NCBI GenBank assembly: GCA_965215365.1 | Contig: CBDCDS010000003.1 | Location: forward strand, 512,001-576,000 | DNA from: Gammaproteobacteria bacterium | Lineage (GTDB): Bacteria > Pseudomonadota > Gammaproteobacteria > Eutrophobiales > Eutrophobiaceae | Direction of reading: 5' to 3' | Length of the DNA stretch: 64,000 nt | In this document: piece after piece, positions 59,854 to 64,000 of the stretch | Layout: each line of letters starts with the position of its first letter | Position numbering within the stretch: the stretch's first letter is position 1 | Program-made: the position numbers and the translations under genes | Notes under the pieces: model-generated | Told to the model about the DNA's origin: nothing | Databases searched by the model: none | What the model saw: the letters and a program-made list of their open reading frames with translations, nothing else

Positions 59854-60564
59854 CTATTTAATCGCCAGGAAACCCTCGAAGCTGACGTATTTCATCACCG
59901 TCATCACATCGGTGAAACCGGCCCGGTGCAGCAGGCCTGAGTTGCCGGCGCTGGAGAAGGGTTTGAGCACACCTTTTAAGCTTAACTCCTTGTTCAGTAT
60001 TTCCTCGGCGCTGAAGCCGTTGCGCTGTTTGAACTCCCGGTACAGGCAGGACATCATGTCCTGAAAACGGGAGTCCGGCGCGCCGACTTTCTCAAACAGG
60101 ACGAACGCGCCACCCCAGTTCAAGGCCTGGTGGATTTTGTCGAACAGCGCCTGGCGCTGTCGTTCCTCGATGAACTGTATGGTGTAATAGGCGATGATCA
60201 TGTCGGCCTGCCCGAGCTCGCCGGTGCCGATGTCCTCACAACGTAACTCCACATTGTCCAGCCCGGCGCAGGTGTTGGTGGCCTGTTCAATCATGGCCTG
60301 TTCCCGGTCCAGCCCGACCCAGCGCACGCCGGGTTTGTGTGCATGGCGCCTTGCCAGTTGTTGCAGCAGGAGGCCGGTGGCACAGCCCAGATCATATACG
60401 GTACTGTCTGGCGCCACGAAGAAGTCACTCAGGTAACAGATGAGCTCGTGCCCGTCTGCGTAATAGGGAATGGAACGCCTGGCATGGTCGGGAAACGCGG
60501 CCGCCACCGCACCGTCGAACGACCAGGCGGAGCGTTGGGCGCGGATGCCGGCGTCGACTTTCAT
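59854..60564 (-). CDS. SAM-dependent methyltransferase, CmoA-like
   Basis: WSFD..VA..F..H..RSIPYY, YDLGCATG, YTIQF, GGAFVLFEK. Confidence 0.8.
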   Translation of the reverse strand: MKVDAGIRAQRSAWSFDGAVAAAFPDHARRSIPYYADGHELICYLSDFFVAPDSTVYDLGCATGLLLQQLARRHAHKPGVRWVGLDREQAMIEQATNTCAGLDNVELRCEDIGTGELGQADMIIAYYTIQFIEERQRQALFDKIHQALNWGGAFVLFEKVGAPDSRFQDMMSCLYREFKQRNGFSAEEILNKELSLKGVLKPFSSAGNSGLLHRAGFTDVMTVMKYVSFEGFLAIK

Positions 60565-60568
60565 ATCC

Positions 60569-61318
60569 TCATAGCGCAGGGCGGTTGTGCCGCGCCTCGC
60601 CGCCCAAGCGTAAAATTGCCGCCACCAGCGCCGCCGTCGCCGCCTTCAGGCGCGCCGCATCGGTGCCGCGCAGCACCAGGTTCACCCCCAGTTTGCCTTT
60701 TCTGAAGTAGGGATAACTGCCCATACTGATGTCGGGATATTGTTCCTGCAATGCACCCAGGTCGGCGGCGAGCTCGCTTTCCGGCAGGTTGGTGGTGACG
60801 TTGTCCGTGATGATGGGGTCGCCGCCCACGAGCCGGTCGGTCAGTCCGTCGAACATGGCTTCCATAATGGCCGGCACGCCGGGCAGCACAAACACGTTCT
60901 CCAGCTGAAACCCCGGCGCGCCGCTGACGGGGTTGTCAATCAGGCGGGCACCGGCCGGGATGTCCGCCATTTTCAGCCGGGCCTCGGTCAGGCGTTTGGG
61001 TTCGTAGTAGCGATCCAGTGCTTGGCGCGCGTCTTCATTACGCAACAGTTCCACGTTGAAGGCGCTGGCCACGGCCGCGGCGGTGATATCGTCATGGGTG
61101 GGCCCGATGCCGCCGGTGGTGAACACGTAGGTAAACCGCGCGCGGCAGGTATTGACCGCCTCGACAATAGCCGTTTCGGTGTCTGCAATAACCCGCGCCT
61201 CGGTCAGCCGGATACCTAGGGCATCGCATTTCCCGCCGATGAGGGCCAGGTTGGCATCCTGGGTGCGGCCGGACAGGATTTCATTGCCGATGATGATCAG
61301 GCCGGCGCTAACCCGCAT
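60569..61318 (-). CDS. CinA-like molybdopterin-binding domain protein
   Basis: IIIGNEILSGRTQDAN, TTGGIGPTHDDIT, NPVSGAPGF, LPGVP, GSYP. Confidence 0.9.
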   Translation of the reverse strand: MRVSAGLIIIGNEILSGRTQDANLALIGGKCDALGIRLTEARVIADTETAIVEAVNTCRARFTYVFTTGGIGPTHDDITAAAVASAFNVELLRNEDARQALDRYYEPKRLTEARLKMADIPAGARLIDNPVSGAPGFQLENVFVLPGVPAIMEAMFDGLTDRLVGGDPIITDNVTTNLPESELAADLGALQEQYPDISMGSYPYFRKGKLGVNLVLRGTDAARLKAATAALVAAILRLGGEARHNRPAL

Positions 61319-61550
61319 ATCTCACCCAGTCGCTTGTTGCATTGTGGAACATTTTTGCTCTCAATAAGTGATGATCATACTGCTGCTCTTTCCGCATAAC
61401 CCACTGCGCTTGATGCGCCCTCGCGGGTCTTGGTTCTGCCTGCGGGCACGTGCTTGTTCAACCATAGCTACCGCTATGGTTTCGGGCGCAGGCACCCGCA
61501 GGCAGAACCAATCCGGCGCGATCTTCGCATCACTTGGTGAGATCTGCGGG
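61312..61550. mobile_element. 239-bp CCCGCATATC-family MITE with CTAA duplication
   Basis: CTAA|CCCGCATATCTCACC...GGTGAGATCTGCGGG|CTAA. Confidence 0.85.
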
Positions 61551-61562
61551 CTAATCGGGTCA

Positions 61563-61612
61563 GGTTGTGACACGGTGGTTGGTCAAGGGTTGTGACACGG
61601 TGGTTGGTCAGG
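61563..61612. repeat. 25-bp tandem duplication
   Basis: ggttgtgacacggtggttggtca(a/g)g x2. Confidence 0.8.
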
Positions 61613-61650
61613 GGTTGGGAAACAGGCCGCCACCTTATCACATTTTTCGG

Positions 61651-62739
61651 CTAAAACGCGTACTGCCAGCCGGCGCTAATGGTCCAGTCGGTTTCCATTT
61701 GCGGGCCGTTGAGGTCGCGGTGCAGCGGCAGGCTCAGTTCCACAGCCAGGCGCTGGCCGGCCAGGGCGCCGCGCTGGCCCATCAGGTTCATGCCGAGATT
61801 CAGGTTCAGCTCATCCCCGCCGTAGTAGTCGGGGTTGGCGGTCTGCACCGGGCCGGCGATGCGTGCGTCGATACCGTCGATCCGACCCAGTGTGTGGTAT
61901 TGCAGGCGTAGCGAGGTACTGATGAAGGGGCGCCACTGGTAGTTCAGCCAACCGCTCAAGCTGTGCTTGTCGCCCAGGGCATAGCCCTGGTCCCGGTGCA
62001 GTCGCAACGTTCCCAGGTACTGGCCGCCCCAGTACCAGCGCTGCCTGTTGCCGTTGTAAGTGATACCCGGCAGCAGGTCATAGGTGCCCGAACCCAGCTG
62101 CATGGCGTAGGGCACGCGCAGCGTCGGGCGCGCCCCCCCGGGGGTCAGGATCTCGTGCGTCCTGGTGGTGGAAGCGGTGGGCAAACTGACCCCGGCGTTC
62201 AGGTGCAGGCGTTGCCCGGTGCCGTCGTACAACCGCAGCAGGCCGGACAGGCGGGTATCGCCAATGCCGGCGGTGTTGACCCTGAAGCTGCCGCGCACAT
62301 TCGTGCCCATGCCGCCCATGTAGGTGGTGTGTTCCATGTCCTTTTCGATATACATGCCCATGGCCATCAACGTCAGCCAGTCCGTGGGCGCGTACATGGC
62401 ACCGACCATGTGCATGTCCATGCTCATTTGCGTGGGCACGATACGCAAGGTCGGCGGCTGCATGGGCCGACCGAAAAACCGGTTGGGAATGGCAGTTGCG
62501 ATGGTGTCTGCATCAATGCTGTCGGTAGCGTCGCGGTTGCCCTGCATGTCCATGTGCATGAAGCGGTAGCTGAGCATGAATTCGCCCTGCTGGTGCAGGT
62601 GGTCGCCCATGACGCCAATGGGAGCATGGTCGGCGGCATTGTTTAAGGAGGTGCCGGGCGCAGCTGCGTGCGCGTGCATGAGAAAAAGACTTGCCGCCAG
62701 CACTACCACTGCACCGGTTGACCGTAAACGATGACTCAT
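61651..62739 (-). CDS. Outer-membrane beta-barrel protein, Met/His-rich (possible metal uptake)
   Basis: Signal peptide, HAPIGVMGDH, M.M.MHM.G.MYAP, MQLGSGT, terminal WQYAF. Confidence 0.75.
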   Translation of the reverse strand: MSHRLRSTGAVVVLAASLFLMHAHAAAPGTSLNNAADHAPIGVMGDHLHQQGEFMLSYRFMHMDMQGNRDATDSIDADTIATAIPNRFFGRPMQPPTLRIVPTQMSMDMHMVGAMYAPTDWLTLMAMGMYIEKDMEHTTYMGGMGTNVRGSFRVNTAGIGDTRLSGLLRLYDGTGQRLHLNAGVSLPTASTTRTHEILTPGGARPTLRVPYAMQLGSGTYDLLPGITYNGNRQRWYWGGQYLGTLRLHRDQGYALGDKHSLSGWLNYQWRPFISTSLRLQYHTLGRIDGIDARIAGPVQTANPDYYGGDELNLNLGMNLMGQRGALAGQRLAVELSLPLHRDLNGPQMETDWTISAGWQYAF

Positions 62740-62866
62740 AAATGCTCTCAGGTTCGTAACAAGCGGGTCATTCTAATGACTATGCGGCAGGGCGGGAATG
62801 CGACAAATTGTCGCAGGTTCGATTGGGTCCCGGTTGGGTTGGATTAGGGTAATATGCAATATCACC

Positions 62867-64000
62867 ATGCTCAACAACCTGAAATACCTGTTGCTGGTCC
62901 GCTTTATTGCCATGGGCGGGCAGGTGCTGGCCTTGCTGTTCCTGCAACGGGTCTTTGCCATTGACCTGCCGGCCGCGCCGGCGCTGTGGGTCATCCTCGC
63001 CCTGGCCCTGTTTACTCTGGCATCCTGGCTGCGCTTGCGGGCGCGCGCCGAACTGTCCGATTGGGTGTTCCTGGGACAGTTGCTGGTGGATGTGGTGGCA
63101 TTGACCCTGCTGGTTTATTTCACCGGCGGTTCCGCCAACCCGTTTATCTTCCTGTTCATCCTGCCGGTTATCTTTGCCGCCGCCAGCATTCGCCCGGCGT
63201 TGGCTGCCCTGATCGCCCTGGCCGCGGCCTGCGGATATACCCTGCTGATGTTCTTTCACGTGCCGGTGGCCGAGCAGGCTACGGGTCAGCACGGGGCGCA
63301 GTTACATGTGTGGGGCATGTGGTACGGGTTTATCCTGAGCGCCGGGCTGGTGACATTTTTTGTTTCCCGTATCGCCGCGGCGCTGCGGCAACGGGATCGC
63401 GCCCTGGCCGCGGCGCGGGAAGAGGCGTTGCGTGCCGAGCAGGTTGTGACCCTGGGCGCCCTGGCTGCGGGCACCGCGCATGAATTGGGCACGCCGCTAT
63501 CGACTATGGCGGTGCTGGCGCAGGCGCTGCAGGAACAATATGCCGACCAACCGCGCCTGCACAAAGATCTGGAACTTATGCGGGAACAGTTGGGCCGGTG
63601 CAAGACTATCCTGGCGGAAATGGCCTCCGATGCCGGGCAGTTGCAGGCCGACTCCGGCTATATCGTCTCTGTCGAGGAATTTCTGCTGGACCTGTTTGCA
63701 CAATGGCAACAGGCTCGCGGCGATATTCCTGTTGACATCGACTGCCAGGGTCAGCAACCGGCGCCGTTGATCATTGCGGACAAGTCCCTGAGACAGGCCA
63801 TCACCAATATCCTCAACAATGCGGCCGACGCGTCCCGGGCGCACATTCAGTTGACCGGGAACTGGACTGCCGAGCGCCTGACGATTGGCGTCATCGACGA
63901 CGGGCAAGGCATCCCGGAGGCGTATCAGGCTGAACTCGGCAACAGGATACTGGAGAGCACATCATCCGGTCAGGGCATCGGCCTGTTCCTGGCCCAGACT
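62867..64000 (+). CDS. RegB/PrrB-like sensor histidine kinase (runs off window)
   Basis: TGGSANPF, ALAAGTAHELGTPL H-box, NILNNAADA, DDGQGI, GQGIGLF. Confidence 0.88.
   Translation, partial: MLNNLKYLLLVRFIAMGGQVLALLFLQRVFAIDLPAAPALWVILALALFTLASWLRLRARAELSDWVFLGQLLVDVVALTLLVYFTGGSANPFIFLFILPVIFAAASIRPALAALIALAAACGYTLLMFFHVPVAEQATGQHGAQLHVWGMWYGFILSAGLVTFFVSRIAAALRQRDRALAAAREEALRAEQVVTLGALAAGTAHELGTPLSTMAVLAQALQEQYADQPRLHKDLELMREQLGRCKTILAEMASDAGQLQADSGYIVSVEEFLLDLFAQWQQARGDIPVDIDCQGQQPAPLIIADKSLRQAITNILNNAADASRAHIQLTGNWTAERLTIGVIDDGQGIPEAYQAELGNRILESTSSGQGIGLFLAQT

Noticed and set aside
61563-61616. 25-bp direct repeat as an att site or mini-CRISPR
   Set aside because: Only two adjacent copies with no spacer; a simple tandem duplication over the old cinA-like start.

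Overview
Chromosomal window of a GC-rich Gammaproteobacterium; the gene content suggests a marine, possibly host-associated lineage (inference). Core genes lie at both ends: pdxB, secF-secD-yajC, msrB and mltF on the left; tgt, queA, tRNA-Leu(CAA), cmoA-like, cinA-like and regB-like on the right. The normally contiguous queA-tgt-yajC-secD-secF block is split by about 51 kb of accessory DNA. This interval holds (i) a defence-like island: Schlafen/AlbA-HATPase-TPR protein, a Menshen-like trio, a GmrSD-like nuclease, an MmeI remnant, about 10 intact or decayed toxin-antitoxin loci and AAA/DUF4143 ATPases; (ii) five paralogous coiled-coil + PD-(D/E)XK genes, four with a shared leader, with variable repeat numbers and different intervening cargo; (iii) an intact IS481, its MITE, and an IS66 that carries a DNA adenine methyltransferase and interrupts the GmrSD-like gene; (iv) an eroded catabolic cluster (TonB receptor, DUF1838, DUF4437, VOC, oxidoreductases); and (v) two modular MITE families with 4-bp target duplications, one of which repeatedly abuts host stop codons and supplies host start codons. 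No CRISPR array or rRNA was seen. All family calls come from motif recognition, not database searches.
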